Shown: positions 1 through 10,251 of the stretch, one piece after another | Layout of the letters: each line of letters starts with the position of its first letter | How positions within the stretch are numbered: the first letter of the stretch is position 1 | Virus record (IMG/VR): IMGVR_UViG_3300024265_000043 | Location: 1 to 64,000 of that record | DNA from: a virus | Reading direction: 5' to 3' (one strand) | DNA: 64,000 bases | Translations under genes and position numbers: made by a program | The notes under the pieces: generated by a model | The model's input: the letters and a program-made list of their open reading frames with translations, nothing else | Told to the model about the DNA's origin: nothing | The model's database searches: none

Positions 1-3
1 GAG

Positions 4-393
4 GTGAAAGAGATACAAGAAGGGTGGGAGCCGAAGAGAGGGGATCAAGTAAGCGAATTCGCTGGGCCAACGAGTTTCCCTTGGGCATTCCCTCCTCGGT
101 GGAAAGAATCATTTCCTACTACGCACTGGCTTCCCAAAATTGAAGACTTGATGGGAATGATACTGCCCGAGCATATGGCAGCTCTTGTCCCTATTACAAC
201 CATATCAACAACATTTGGCTTTAATAGAATTTTAGCCCTTGAAAGATGGTTAGATTGCGCGCATGAGGGACCGTATAAGCATAATATTAGCCAATTTAAG
301 GCAAATGAGATATGGCTACTATTTGTCATGCATACTCTCTACAAAAAATCATGGAGCGGAAACGCTTGGGAATCCTCGGAGACTAAAAATTGA
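4..393 (+). CDS. Hypothetical phage protein
   Basis: 129 aa ORF, overlaps next ORF by 4 nt; 5' end may lie outside the window. Confidence 0.6.
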   Translation: MKEIQEGWEPKRGDQVSEFAGPTSFPWAFPPRWKESFPTTHWLPKIEDLMGMILPEHMAALVPITTISTTFGFNRILALERWLDCAHEGPYKHNISQFKANEIWLLFVMHTLYKKSWSGNAWESSETKN

Positions 394-620
394 CGCGAAT
401 ATGCTGGGGAGAGCCCGATTATATATACCATCGAGATATTGGAGAAGGTATAGGGGAAAATTCTGGTTATCCTGAATGTGACGCCGTGCTTGTTCCTGAG
501 GAAGACGTTATTGGGCTTGGGGATACTAATGATTACAAATCGGTTCCGATAGGCATTCCCAAATGTCCTAAATGCCTTTGGCTACCTGATAATCCCAATC
601 AAACGGATCTATTCGGATGA
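390..620 (+). CDS. Small hypothetical protein, possible Zn-binding
   Basis: 76 aa, CPKC motif, 4-nt overlaps with both neighbours. Confidence 0.55.
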   Translation: MTRICWGEPDYIYHRDIGEGIGENSGYPECDAVLVPEEDVIGLGDTNDYKSVPIGIPKCPKCLWLPDNPNQTDLFG

Positions 621-967
621 ACCAAATAGCGAAGATAATTCAATCCTACGAATTTGTGTATCAAAATGAGACAGAACTTCAAGAGCAAATTGAATCTGTA
701 TTGAAGGACAATGATATTCCATTTGAACGGGAATATTCACTTGATAAGGATTCTCGGATAGATTTCTACCTACCTGAATCGAAAACAGGTATTGAGGTGA
801 AAGTGAAAAGCGGTGCTGCTGTTGTATCGAAACAACTCCACAGATATGCGAAAAGCAACCAGATTGATAATCTAATGCTCGTTACTACAAGGATGGATCA
901 TGTTATGCTCGATGGATTTGTGTACGGTGATATTAGGCTGGATGTTGTTTTCATAGGGGGATTTTGA
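617..967 (+). CDS. PD-(D/E)XK-family endonuclease
   Basis: E..LQ ... FERE ... RIDFY ... GIEVK ... QLHRY catalytic pattern. Confidence 0.7.
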   Translation: MNQIAKIIQSYEFVYQNETELQEQIESVLKDNDIPFEREYSLDKDSRIDFYLPESKTGIEVKVKSGAAVVSKQLHRYAKSNQIDNLMLVTTRMDHVMLDGFVYGDIRLDVVFIGGF

Positions 968-2646
968 TGCGCAACTATGGCGAGATGAGATTGGACACGG
1001 CAAACAATCAATGGATAATAACTGCTGATCGACATATCATGGCAAGGTTAAAGCGAGTGTTTGAGGGCTTGGCAAAATTCCCAAGAAAAGAAGTGAAGAT
1101 ATCGAATACTCCAGAACACTGCCTTGATCTTGAATGGTTTATGACGCGCTATCCGCTTGAAATTGTTGAAGGCGCGGATCAATTACGGGTTGGCTCACTT
1201 GCTTATAAATCTATGGTCGAAAGGCTTGATGATATGGCAGATCCCAATTATGAGCCGAAATCTCATCCTCTTGCAATTCCATTACGCGGATATCAAAATG
1301 TTGCTGTTGATATGTATCTGGAGCGTGGATCATTATTGCTTGGTGATGATGTGGGTGTCGGGAAAACAGCGGTCGGCATAGGCTCATTTACAGATAAACG
1401 AACTTTACCTGCGCTCGTGGTTACTCATGTGCATTTATTGCACCAGTGGGAAAGAGAGATCAATACCTTCATGCCCGAATTAAATACGCATGTAATTAAG
1501 CAGGGGCCTATCTATGCGTTGCCCGAAATGTTTGGGAAGGGCCCTGATGTTGTGATCACCAACTACCACAAAATTGCTAAATGGGCCACAGTGCTATCAT
1601 CCTACCTGAAATCTATCGTGTGGGATGAAGTTCAAGAATTAAGAAATGATGGTAGCCAAAAATATCAAGCAGCTCGGTCTTTAGTTGAATACGCCAATTT
1701 TGTTCTTGGATTATCGGCAACTCCCGTCTATAATTATGGAGGGGAATTTTTCAATATCATGGAGACGATCACACCAGGAGCGCTTGGGGAAAGATATGAA
1801 TTCAGGAGAGAATGGTGCAGCGGGAGATATGAGAATAAAATAAGTATCGTAGATCCTCCAGCATTCGGCGCGTATTTGCGAGAAAGTCATTTGATGCTCC
1901 GCAGAACCAGAAAAGATGTTGGGCGCGAACTAGAATCTCTCAGTAATGTAACTCATATAATTGATTCGGATTCTCGTGAAATTATTGACGAAGAGGGAAC
2001 TATAGATTCTTTGGCTAAAATACTGGTAAACAGCGAATCAACATCTCAAGAGAAATTTCAAGCAGGCGGTTTATTTGATCAGAAAATGAGAAAGGCCACA
2101 GGATTAGCCAAGGCCGGTTATGTAGCCCATTTCGTCAATATGCTGGTAGAATCGGGCGAAAAAGTTGTATTATTCGGTTGGCATAGAGAAGTTTATGAAA
2201 AATGGCTACACATGTTTTCGCCTATACAATGCAATCCCGTTATGTATACAGGGACAGAATCTCCCGCCAAGAAAGAGGCAGCAAGAGAGGCATTTATCAA
2301 TGGCGACTCCAAAGTTCTGATCATGTCGCTGCGGTCTGGTGCTGGGCTTGATGGTCTCCAATATAGCGGATGCAGAACAGTTGTGTATGGTGAAATGGAT
2401 TGGTCTCCAGGCATTCACGAACAATGCACTGGTCGCGTTTATAGGGACGGGCAAGAAGAGCCTGTAGTGGCATATTATCTGGTATGCGAAGATGGTTGCG
2501 ATCCATTCATGGTTAATGTGCTTGGGATCAAGAAGCAGCAATCCGATGGGATTAAGGACCCCGAGAAACAATTCGGTAAGAAAGAATCAATACAAAAGAA
2601 CATGGCCGACGTAGCCCGTCATTACTTGGAGAGGAAAAAGAATTGA
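967..2646 (+). CDS. SNF2-family (SF2) helicase/ATPase
   Basis: LRGYQ, GDDVGVGKT (Walker A), WDEVQ, LSATP, SGAGLDGLQ, QCTGRVYRDGQ motifs. Confidence 0.9.
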   Translation: MRNYGEMRLDTANNQWIITADRHIMARLKRVFEGLAKFPRKEVKISNTPEHCLDLEWFMTRYPLEIVEGADQLRVGSLAYKSMVERLDDMADPNYEPKSHPLAIPLRGYQNVAVDMYLERGSLLLGDDVGVGKTAVGIGSFTDKRTLPALVVTHVHLLHQWEREINTFMPELNTHVIKQGPIYALPEMFGKGPDVVITNYHKIAKWATVLSSYLKSIVWDEVQELRNDGSQKYQAARSLVEYANFVLGLSATPVYNYGGEFFNIMETITPGALGERYEFRREWCSGRYENKISIVDPPAFGAYLRESHLMLRRTRKDVGRELESLSNVTHIIDSDSREIIDEEGTIDSLAKILVNSESTSQEKFQAGGLFDQKMRKATGLAKAGYVAHFVNMLVESGEKVVLFGWHREVYEKWLHMFSPIQCNPVMYTGTESPAKKEAAREAFINGDSKVLIMSLRSGAGLDGLQYSGCRTVVYGEMDWSPGIHEQCTGRVYRDGQEEPVVAYYLVCEDGCDPFMVNVLGIKKQQSDGIKDPEKQFGKKESIQKNMADVARHYLERKKN

Positions 2647-4163
2647 GGAAGAATTTGATAATAAATAAGGATGTCATAGAAGGATTGAAAGGAATTCCTG
2701 ATGAATCCATTCAGTGTTGCGTGACTTCGCCGCCGTATTGGGGCTTGCGCGATTATGGAGTCGACGGCCAGCTAGGATTAGAGCCGACATTGGAAGAATA
2801 TATCGCCAAGATGGTCGAGGTCTTCCAGGAAGTCAAGCGAGTGCTCCGAAAGGATGGTACTTGTTGGGTGAATTTGGGCGATGCTTATGCAGGTGGCGGA
2901 CGTGGGGGCAATCCAGCAGAATCCAAACATCGGAAACAGGCGCCCAATGTGGGGTCTTTGATAAGTCCGTCAAAGATACCGGCCAATCTCAAGGCCAAAG
3001 ACATGATCGGGACGCCCTGGCGCATTGCTTTTGCCTTGCAACAACCGCAATATACCGGAGATATTAAGGACATCAAAGATAGGGTATGGCTAGCTGCTGC
3101 CATTGATGGCGAAGGATGTATGTTTATCCACAAGAGGAAAAAAGGTCAGAGTAACGGCCAGGGATATGTGCGAAAAAATGCTTCCTATGGTGCCGGTTTA
3201 GAAGTGGCAAATACCAATAAAGCGTTCGTCGAAAAATGCATGGAAATAACCGGGAAAGGGAGCATTTGCCATCAGGACTTGGGAAGACGACAGAGAATAT
3301 ATCGCTGGAATCTTCGCTCGAATGAATGCCGAAAAGTTATTGAACAAATCTATCCTCATTTAGTTATCAAACAACATGAAGCGCGATTGCTTATTGGATG
3401 CCCAAGTTCTGGTGAAAAAGCACATGAGGCTCATCAATCTGTTATTGCCCTACATAATGGAGGGGAAGCAACTATTGATTTCGATCCTCCAAATTCTATG
3501 TATGAGCCAGGTTGGTATTTAAGAAGTGATATTATATGGTCAAAGTCGAATCCGATGCCTGAGAGCGTCACCGATAGACCCACTAAAAGCCACGAATATA
3601 TCTTTCTGCTGACCAAATCGGCGCGGTATTACTATGATGCGGAAGCGATAAAAACGGCGCCCGCCGAATCTACCATCAATGACAAGCGTGGTAATGATGA
3701 TGGTACCAGGTCGGACAGAAACTATCCCGGAAGTCCGAGCAACGGTGGGACAAACTTGGGGGGCCCAATCAGGGGCAGTGCCGGTGGGTTCCGACCAAAT
3801 TCAGGGCGCCGACAAAAGTGGCCCGGCATAGGGCCCCAACATGGCGCCCAACGCGACAGGGGCGAGAAATATGAGCCTATGGCTACGCATCAGAGAGTGA
3901 ATCGCCGCACGGTCTGGAATATCCCTGCCCAAGCCTACCCCGAAGCACATTTTGCCACCTTCCCTGAGATGATACCGAAACTTTGCATACTGGCGGGATC
4001 TAAGAGAGGCGACACAATCCTTGACCCCTTCCTTGGATCCGGCACCACCGGCATGGTTGCGCAAAACGAGGGCCGTGAGTGGATAGGCATCGAATTGAAT
4101 CCAGAATATGCCGAAATGGCCCGAAAAAGAACCAAAATCATTCAAACATCCATGAATTTCTAG
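2643..4163 (+). CDS. DNA N4-cytosine/N6-adenine methyltransferase (beta class) with inserted LAGLIDADG domain
   Basis: VTSPPYW motif IV near N-terminus; HFATFP and DPFLGSGTTG motif I near C-terminus; ~155 aa internal insert. Confidence 0.9.
   Translation: MRKNLIINKDVIEGLKGIPDESIQCCVTSPPYWGLRDYGVDGQLGLEPTLEEYIAKMVEVFQEVKRVLRKDGTCWVNLGDAYAGGGRGGNPAESKHRKQAPNVGSLISPSKIPANLKAKDMIGTPWRIAFALQQPQYTGDIKDIKDRVWLAAAIDGEGCMFIHKRKKGQSNGQGYVRKNASYGAGLEVANTNKAFVEKCMEITGKGSICHQDLGRRQRIYRWNLRSNECRKVIEQIYPHLVIKQHEARLLIGCPSSGEKAHEAHQSVIALHNGGEATIDFDPPNSMYEPGWYLRSDIIWSKSNPMPESVTDRPTKSHEYIFLLTKSARYYYDAEAIKTAPAESTINDKRGNDDGTRSDRNYPGSPSNGGTNLGGPIRGSAGGFRPNSGRRQKWPGIGPQHGAQRDRGEKYEPMATHQRVNRRTVWNIPAQAYPEAHFATFPEMIPKLCILAGSKRGDTILDPFLGSGTTGMVAQNEGREWIGIELNPEYAEMARKRTKIIQTSMNF
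3042..3509 (+). mobile_element. In-frame LAGLIDADG homing-endonuclease-like insertion (no intein motifs)
   Basis: WLAAAIDGEGC motif, LEVANTN, YRW, IYPHLVIKQ; interrupts the usual PWRIAFALQ-xx-GWYLRSDIIW segment. Confidence 0.8.
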
Positions 4164-4171
4164 GAGATATT

Positions 4172-4528
4172 ATGCTTAAAATATTCAAGAATCTATTCTC
4201 GAAATCCAATGTAATCGCAGATACTGTGAAAATCATTGATCAAGCCGTGGAGGATAAAGACCTTCGCAATACGCTCACCGCTAAACTATTGGAAGCCGAA
4301 CTGACTGGCTCAAGAGCCCAGAGAAATTGGCGACCTCATCTCATGTATGTAATGATGTTCCTGCTGATTTGGATCGTTGTTATAATCCCAATCTCTGAAG
4401 TGTATTTTGGTGTTAAGGTGCCAATTAAGGAATATCTCGCAGCGGTACCCCAACAACTTTGGACATTGCTTACGGTAACTACGACTGGTTATATTGGGTT
4501 GCGCTCATTTATTGATAAGAAAGGTTAA
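4172..4528 (+). CDS. Putative holin (3TM holin-like)
   Basis: WRP motif followed by hydrophobic helices and GYIGLRSF.KK basic tail; SD GGAG upstream of ATG 4172. Confidence 0.7.
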   Translation: MLKIFKNLFSKSNVIADTVKIIDQAVEDKDLRNTLTAKLLEAELTGSRAQRNWRPHLMYVMMFLLIWIVVIIPISEVYFGVKVPIKEYLAAVPQQLWTLLTVTTTGYIGLRSFIDKKG

Positions 4529-4529
4529 A

Positions 4530-5180
4530 ATGGGATCAAAAATTATAACAAAAGTAGTTCTAGATCGAAGAGTAATCAAACAGCCAATACCGCAACTAAA
4601 TGACGGTGGTGATTGCGGGGCTTGTGTTCTGGGCGGATTGCTTGACCTAGGAGGTGATTCAACGGCACAAATCGGTAAAATTTATGTAGCCTTTTGTGAA
4701 AGCGAAGCCAAGTCGATTAGCCAGCCGAAAATGCTGAGCATTCTTGGTGAAATCAAATCTAGGGGATTGGTAGAGGAATTTATCCATAATGTCCCTATCT
4801 GGCAAAGACCAGATTCAGTATCCCAATTTGGTTCGCCCGGTTGGACTATGGCGTCGCAATGGTATCAATATATCAAAATGGCAATTCGGGCTGGATATTA
4901 TGGGATGGCAATGGTGACGAGCAAAGGCCGAGGGAATCATGCAGAATTGGATCATTGGGTAATGATTTGCGGATTCAGACAACGTGAAATCCCGAATCCT
5001 CACACTCGGAACAGCAAAGACCCAAAAATGCGAGAATCAACAATAATCACACAAGAAATATTAATCTCAAATAGCAGCATAAAAGCAAAAGATGAGCGAT
5101 GGATAGAAACTCGCGATTTTCTAAAACGATTCGGCGGATATAACGCGATTCTTGTGTTGCTTACAAAAAAGGATAAATAG
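4530..5180 (+). CDS. Papain-fold cysteine peptidase (C39-like)
   Basis: PQ....DCGAC catalytic Cys, HWVMICG His, ISNS. Confidence 0.6.
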   Translation: MGSKIITKVVLDRRVIKQPIPQLNDGGDCGACVLGGLLDLGGDSTAQIGKIYVAFCESEAKSISQPKMLSILGEIKSRGLVEEFIHNVPIWQRPDSVSQFGSPGWTMASQWYQYIKMAIRAGYYGMAMVTSKGRGNHAELDHWVMICGFRQREIPNPHTRNSKDPKMRESTIITQEILISNSSIKAKDERWIETRDFLKRFGGYNAILVLLTKKDK

Positions 5181-6184
5181 TGGCCGAATTGATCAAACTT
5201 GAACCAGGTAAATCCAAATTATATTTGGGGGTTGATGATAATGAAGTTGACGATTCACCTCAAGAATTTGAATGGACTTGGATCAAAGCCGCGACAAAAC
5301 TCAGGAAAAAAGGCAGTTTCGTCGAGCATTTGGAAGCAGGTCGTTTTGGAATATATAAGAAGATTGGCATTCATTCATATGAATTTCAAGAAGGGCACAG
5401 AGCAATCTGTAGATTCAACAACGAGAGATTTGAGCATACTCACAATACAATTATAATGTCAATGGACGATTATGAATCTTCTATTTGTGGTAGAGAACTT
5501 GAAAATGGCGTAGTAATCGTTCGAGGGGCTGAATACACAGGGAAGCCTAGTATCGAAAAATTTAATCCAGAAGAATTTTTTGCTCTTCCGAGATATACAA
5601 GCGGTCAATGTAAAATGATGGCAACGGAGCGGGTAGAGCGTGATATTTCCGAGAAAGCGGTTGGCTGGCATGATCTTCCTGTAAAGGGATATGAATTCAA
5701 AACGAAATGGGAAGCAAGATATAGTTTATTCTATGGAACACTCAGAAAAGAAATGGTACTTGTCGCCAAACGCGGCGCTTCACAACAGCAGATAGATGAT
5801 GCAATTGATCTTCCTCCAAGCATCTTAGCCCTTATAGCAAGAAAATTAACTCTTGCTGAATCTGAATATTATATTGCGAGAATGGTGGAATATATTGAGA
5901 CCAATCCCCAAGCCATGTCAAATCCATCCATAAATTATAAAGTTCATCAAGCAACTCTTGAGGAAATCAATATAGAGCGTCTGAGAAACTTGCAAAGATT
6001 ACATGGCGATAATGTGAATCCATCTATCGAGAAAGCACTGAATGATGCTCTGACGCGATATTGGAAATTAGTACCAAAGGATGCAATATCTGACGCAAAG
6101 CCAAAAAACAATTATAATGCCGCTCCACCATCAAAAGAGAATAGTCACCAAGATAATGATCGCAATGATGATGGTATGTTTTAA
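5180..6184 (+). CDS. Hypothetical protein, positional candidate for terminase small subunit
   Basis: 334 aa, helical C-terminal half, abuts the terminase large subunit. Confidence 0.5.
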   Translation: MAELIKLEPGKSKLYLGVDDNEVDDSPQEFEWTWIKAATKLRKKGSFVEHLEAGRFGIYKKIGIHSYEFQEGHRAICRFNNERFEHTHNTIIMSMDDYESSICGRELENGVVIVRGAEYTGKPSIEKFNPEEFFALPRYTSGQCKMMATERVERDISEKAVGWHDLPVKGYEFKTKWEARYSLFYGTLRKEMVLVAKRGASQQQIDDAIDLPPSILALIARKLTLAESEYYIARMVEYIETNPQAMSNPSINYKVHQATLEEINIERLRNLQRLHGDNVNPSIEKALNDALTRYWKLVPKDAISDAKPKNNYNAAPPSKENSHQDNDRNDDGMF

Positions 6185-8325
6185 TGGCTATTTTTGATCA
6201 ATCTAAATATCCAGCCCTTACCTCTATAGGCGAAGAGAGTGTTTCGTGTATTAATCTGCCTATAGGTCATCCAGCATATCTTCATCCTATGCAAATTTAT
6301 ATATGGATGCATAATCCCTATCAAGCTGTTACTGATATTTATGAAACCAAAATGCCAATTGAACAAAGTCGAAGATTCGATCATCTAATCAATTGTAGAT
6401 TCATGGGGGACGATAGCGGTAGATCAACAGGAAAAACGTTTACATATATACAATTCATGGCAATTAGAGGAATTTGCAGTAACTATTATATGAATGTTCT
6501 ATTAGGACAAGATGCAAGTATTGGTGTTGAATTATTCAAAAAGCACTATGGCCCCCAGATGAGGGATAATGATAATTTTAAAAGATTCTTTCATACTGCT
6601 GGCCGCAAAACCCCTAGAGTATCAACAGACGGAATGATTTCTCATATCACTACTTATTCTGGCTCAGTTATACAAGCAATGACTCCTAGCGTTCAGAAGA
6701 AATTCGCAAAAATGCAATCATGGCGAGCGAACGATGGCATATTCAATGAAGTAACCACATGGCCTAACACCAAATTAATTCCAGAAACGATTGAACCTAT
6801 TTTCACAAATGGGACTCCACGTTATGTCAAAACAAAAGCATTTCGGGAAAGAATGGAAGAAATATCTGGGATTGAATTAGGATGGCTTACGAACGAAATA
6901 TTAGAAAAAAGGCATCAAAATCCTGGGTATGTTCCCAGAGAGCACATGATTAATGCCACCCTTCTTAAATGGGAAGATATAAAAGAGAAATTCTTCCTTA
7001 GTTTTGATTATACATATGGTTTTGAATATAAATATGGCATGGATAATGAGCAGATTGGATTTGAAGAAATCAAATCTATGAATGATATCGTTATGTTTTT
7101 CAGAAACTATGACGAAGGCGATCCTGTCTATTTCAATAAGCTTATTTATGACGGCAGTGCAAAAAGGCCATCAGATGATTCATATTGGATCCATAAAGAT
7201 TTCAAAAAAAGGATTAAAGAGGGGAATAGATTATATGCTCAATATTCCATAGGAGTTGATGACATCCCAACAGAATGGGATGGTATCATATATGAATCTG
7301 CCATTGTTGAAAAAGCCCGTGAATCAATGCTTGACGAAGATTTTCAGCGCGTCTGGAACGGCAAATGGACAGAAGGTAGATCCAAGAAGCCCTTCACCCT
7401 TAAAGAAATACTTGACTGCCAAGAGGCGGGCTATTTAGGAAGAATTGGAAGAGAATCGCTAACGGATGAGCATATAAGCGGGATTGATTCGGCTCAGGGC
7501 ACCGACAAGCAGCATTCCACTGAAGAAGGGGTCAAAGATGGTCGTGGCGATGATGGGGCGGAAACAATTTGGAAAGTGGGCGCAGGAACTCCTGAAAGTC
7601 CCCATGAGCTTTGTCTTGTGAGTATTGCTGAAGACGTGAGATCAGAAATATGGGCGCTTGAAATCCAAAAAAATGAACAAGCATTTCAAGGCGAATCAGA
7701 AATAGGCTGTATAATAAATATCGTGGACCCAGGCGGCGGCGGAAAGGCCACTATCGAAAGACTTGCAAAACGTCGGCTTGAGGTGAAAGGCATAGAATAT
7801 GATTTTGATCCGCTTGTTCCATATGATCATCAAGCACCATTAGAAGGATCAAAAAGATCCATTGTAATGTTTAGTCTCTCGAATGAAATGATAAAAACAT
7901 TCCTGATCGCCAGCAAGACTGAAAAAGTAATGATGCAACAACAAGATCAGTTGAATAATTATATGGTTACGAGAGCGCAGAAACTTATTAGAAATAAATG
8001 TATTAAATTCCCCCAATATCTTGATGTATCAATGCTTAATGTTATGCACAACGAGGGGAAGATTGATGATGATGTGTTCATAAATTTGATAAATATTCGG
8101 ACAGCATTGAATCAGTTATTACATCTAGAGTTTGAAACTGACAAAAATGGTAAAAAAGTCAAGACCAAAAACGGCGTATATCGCTATGTCTCTAAGGGGA
8201 ATAAAGATGTCGCTCTCGCAATTTTGTATGGTATATTTGGATGTGATATGTTTGTCAAACTTAATTCTATTGGCGATAAATCAAATCAGCCAACAACCTC
8301 ATCTTACATGCCTGTAATAGGTTAG
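6184..8325 (+). CDS. terL: Terminase large subunit
   Basis: GRSTGKT Walker A, GIFNE Walker B-like, GIDSA nuclease Asp, VDPGGGG, KDVALA C-terminal Asp; upstream of portal. Confidence 0.8.
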   Translation: MAIFDQSKYPALTSIGEESVSCINLPIGHPAYLHPMQIYIWMHNPYQAVTDIYETKMPIEQSRRFDHLINCRFMGDDSGRSTGKTFTYIQFMAIRGICSNYYMNVLLGQDASIGVELFKKHYGPQMRDNDNFKRFFHTAGRKTPRVSTDGMISHITTYSGSVIQAMTPSVQKKFAKMQSWRANDGIFNEVTTWPNTKLIPETIEPIFTNGTPRYVKTKAFRERMEEISGIELGWLTNEILEKRHQNPGYVPREHMINATLLKWEDIKEKFFLSFDYTYGFEYKYGMDNEQIGFEEIKSMNDIVMFFRNYDEGDPVYFNKLIYDGSAKRPSDDSYWIHKDFKKRIKEGNRLYAQYSIGVDDIPTEWDGIIYESAIVEKARESMLDEDFQRVWNGKWTEGRSKKPFTLKEILDCQEAGYLGRIGRESLTDEHISGIDSAQGTDKQHSTEEGVKDGRGDDGAETIWKVGAGTPESPHELCLVSIAEDVRSEIWALEIQKNEQAFQGESEIGCIINIVDPGGGGKATIERLAKRRLEVKGIEYDFDPLVPYDHQAPLEGSKRSIVMFSLSNEMIKTFLIASKTEKVMMQQQDQLNNYMVTRAQKLIRNKCIKFPQYLDVSMLNVMHNEGKIDDDVFINLINIRTALNQLLHLEFETDKNGKKVKTKNGVYRYVSKGNKDVALAILYGIFGCDMFVKLNSIGDKSNQPTTSSYMPVIG

Positions 8326-8334
8326 GAGATCAAA

Positions 8335-9990
8335 ATGTCAACCTACAAAGTAGAAGAATTATCCCTCAGAGAAGTCGTTGGGGCTTTAATGGAGAACGAG
8401 GGCATTACTGATGCGGCCAATAGTCTTAGCGTGAAGAAGAACCTTTTGGATGAGAGAATTAACGCCCTTGACGAAAAGTATGAAGGATCTGGTGCGATTG
8501 ACGCTGCAATTGCTGCTCACTTTAACTATAATCGCGGGGCTATTCATACAGGTGATAATTCTGTTTATGGAAATCTGAACCTTCTCATAGATACGACAGT
8601 ACCAAAAGATCTTGAAGCCAAATTCGCAAAAGCTATTAAATACAAATCCACAGATGATTTACTCGGGCCAAGCGTAGCGACAAAGGTTAGTTTCCTGAAG
8701 TCTGGATTCAGGGTGACAGCCAAAGACAAGGAGGCTGAGGCGAAAGCGAATGCATGGCTGAAATCTAGAAAAATAGCCAACTCATTTATCCCACAATGCG
8801 CTGAATCAATATTCCTTAATGATCAAAGTGCGGTTTTGTGGAATAGCAAAGCAAAGTCATTGTCCATATTACCGCTGGCTAATTTGAGAATATTTTCACT
8901 TCATTCGATAAACTCTGATGGTAGCCCCAAGTTCGTGACATACATGAAACTTCCGGCTGAAGTCGTTGCCTTGATTAAAAAATTAAAAGATGGCGCGAAG
9001 GAATTAGAAAATTTCCCAAAAGATTGGATTACCGCCGCTAGGAGAGGTCGCACCCGCAACACGGCAAAACCACTTATGCCCGCAGGTCCGTGGGTTGAAT
9101 TGGGGGAGAAAGGATCTGAGGATAAGGTTTACATTCTTAGCTTGAGTGGAGTGGATTCAAAACTTACTGAGCCAAGTGTGACAACAGTATTCCCGCAACT
9201 TGAATTACGCAGATTCCTTCAGGACGGCGAATTCTCTGCTGCATATCTCTCAAAATATTTCATGCATCAAATTAAAGTTGGTCCAAAAAACGAAGGGACA
9301 ACCCTCAGAGATTTATTGGCGGCAAAAACATCTGGTCCTGTTGAAAAGAAGGCTATATTAGATAAATATGCACAGACTCCCGATAAAGCCATTTGCACCG
9401 TAACTGATCAAGATGAAGAGCATGTTTTTCTATTCCCTGGCAGTGATATACAATTTGAAAAACGATACATATCCGCTGACATGAAGATATTATTCTGGGG
9501 TGGGGTATCCCTTCGCATTATGACAGATGCTGAGGGGGGTAGTTTTTCTGCTGGGCTCATTTATATGAAAGCATTCTCGAAGAAAATAGATGCGGCAAGG
9601 GCGTTGATTTCTGAACTTCTTGAAGATGTCACAGGCAGAATGGGCATCAAGGGGACAAGTTACAAATGGAACCAAAACTACATGAAGGAACCGAAGCAGG
9701 TACTTGCCGAAGTCACCTTTATGACTGGTCGAGGTCAAGACATGGAAATGGCGATAGCGCAACTTGGATATGACTGGGATGAATGGGTTGCAAAGCGTGA
9801 AAAAACGTTATCTCCAGAGGTATTAAAATTTAAAAACGATAAGGAGCAAAAGCATAAATATTGGAAGGCGCTCCAAATCCCATTCTTTGAGGATCATCAA
9901 GGGCAACTGGATGCGGGAGGTCGCCCTGAAGATGATGGGGATCAGACCGATCCAAGCAATACTGAAGATACACCAAGAGCGGGGCAATAA
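8335..9990 (+). CDS. Portal protein
   Basis: 551 aa after terminase, acidic GGRP..D C-terminal tail typical of portals. Confidence 0.65.
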   Translation: MSTYKVEELSLREVVGALMENEGITDAANSLSVKKNLLDERINALDEKYEGSGAIDAAIAAHFNYNRGAIHTGDNSVYGNLNLLIDTTVPKDLEAKFAKAIKYKSTDDLLGPSVATKVSFLKSGFRVTAKDKEAEAKANAWLKSRKIANSFIPQCAESIFLNDQSAVLWNSKAKSLSILPLANLRIFSLHSINSDGSPKFVTYMKLPAEVVALIKKLKDGAKELENFPKDWITAARRGRTRNTAKPLMPAGPWVELGEKGSEDKVYILSLSGVDSKLTEPSVTTVFPQLELRRFLQDGEFSAAYLSKYFMHQIKVGPKNEGTTLRDLLAAKTSGPVEKKAILDKYAQTPDKAICTVTDQDEEHVFLFPGSDIQFEKRYISADMKILFWGGVSLRIMTDAEGGSFSAGLIYMKAFSKKIDAARALISELLEDVTGRMGIKGTSYKWNQNYMKEPKQVLAEVTFMTGRGQDMEMAIAQLGYDWDEWVAKREKTLSPEVLKFKNDKEQKHKYWKALQIPFFEDHQGQLDAGGRPEDDGDQTDPSNTEDTPRAGQ

Positions 9991-10178
9991 TGACAATCAG
10001 CACGCCACATCGAGACACTTCTATATGTGAGCAAATAAGGTCAATGATGTCCAAGAAATCAAGACGAGGCGTTAAAATGTATAAAGAGTCCTATATATAC
10101 GATTATATAGCGGAACAATACGATCTTGCCGCCAGAACTGTTGAAAATATATGGCGATCAAAGCAATATAGGGAGTAA
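9990..10178 (+). CDS. Small helix-turn-helix protein (Mor/C-like regulator?)
   Basis: 62 aa with IAEQYDLAARTVENIW HTH pattern. Confidence 0.55.
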   Translation: MTISTPHRDTSICEQIRSMMSKKSRRGVKMYKESYIYDYIAEQYDLAARTVENIWRSKQYRE

Positions 10179-10244
10179 CTATCTCCCAATTAGGGAGCAA
10201 CTTCCTCCCATATTGTTGACTTTGTTTTATTAAGTATATAACCT
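10169..10244 (+). promoter_or_regulatory. Two tandem palindromic operators plus sigma70-like promoter
   Basis: TAGGGAGtaactatCTCCCA (10169-10188) and TAGGGAGcaacttcCTCCCA (10191-10210); TTGACT 10216-10221, 17-nt spacer, TAACCT 10239-10244. Confidence 0.6.
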
Positions 10245-10251
10245 CTCCCCC

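Noticed and set aside
3042-3509. Canonical intein or group I intron in the methyltransferase
   Set aside because: No Cys/Ser start, no HN-[CST] junction; the whole insert is occupied by the endonuclease-like domain
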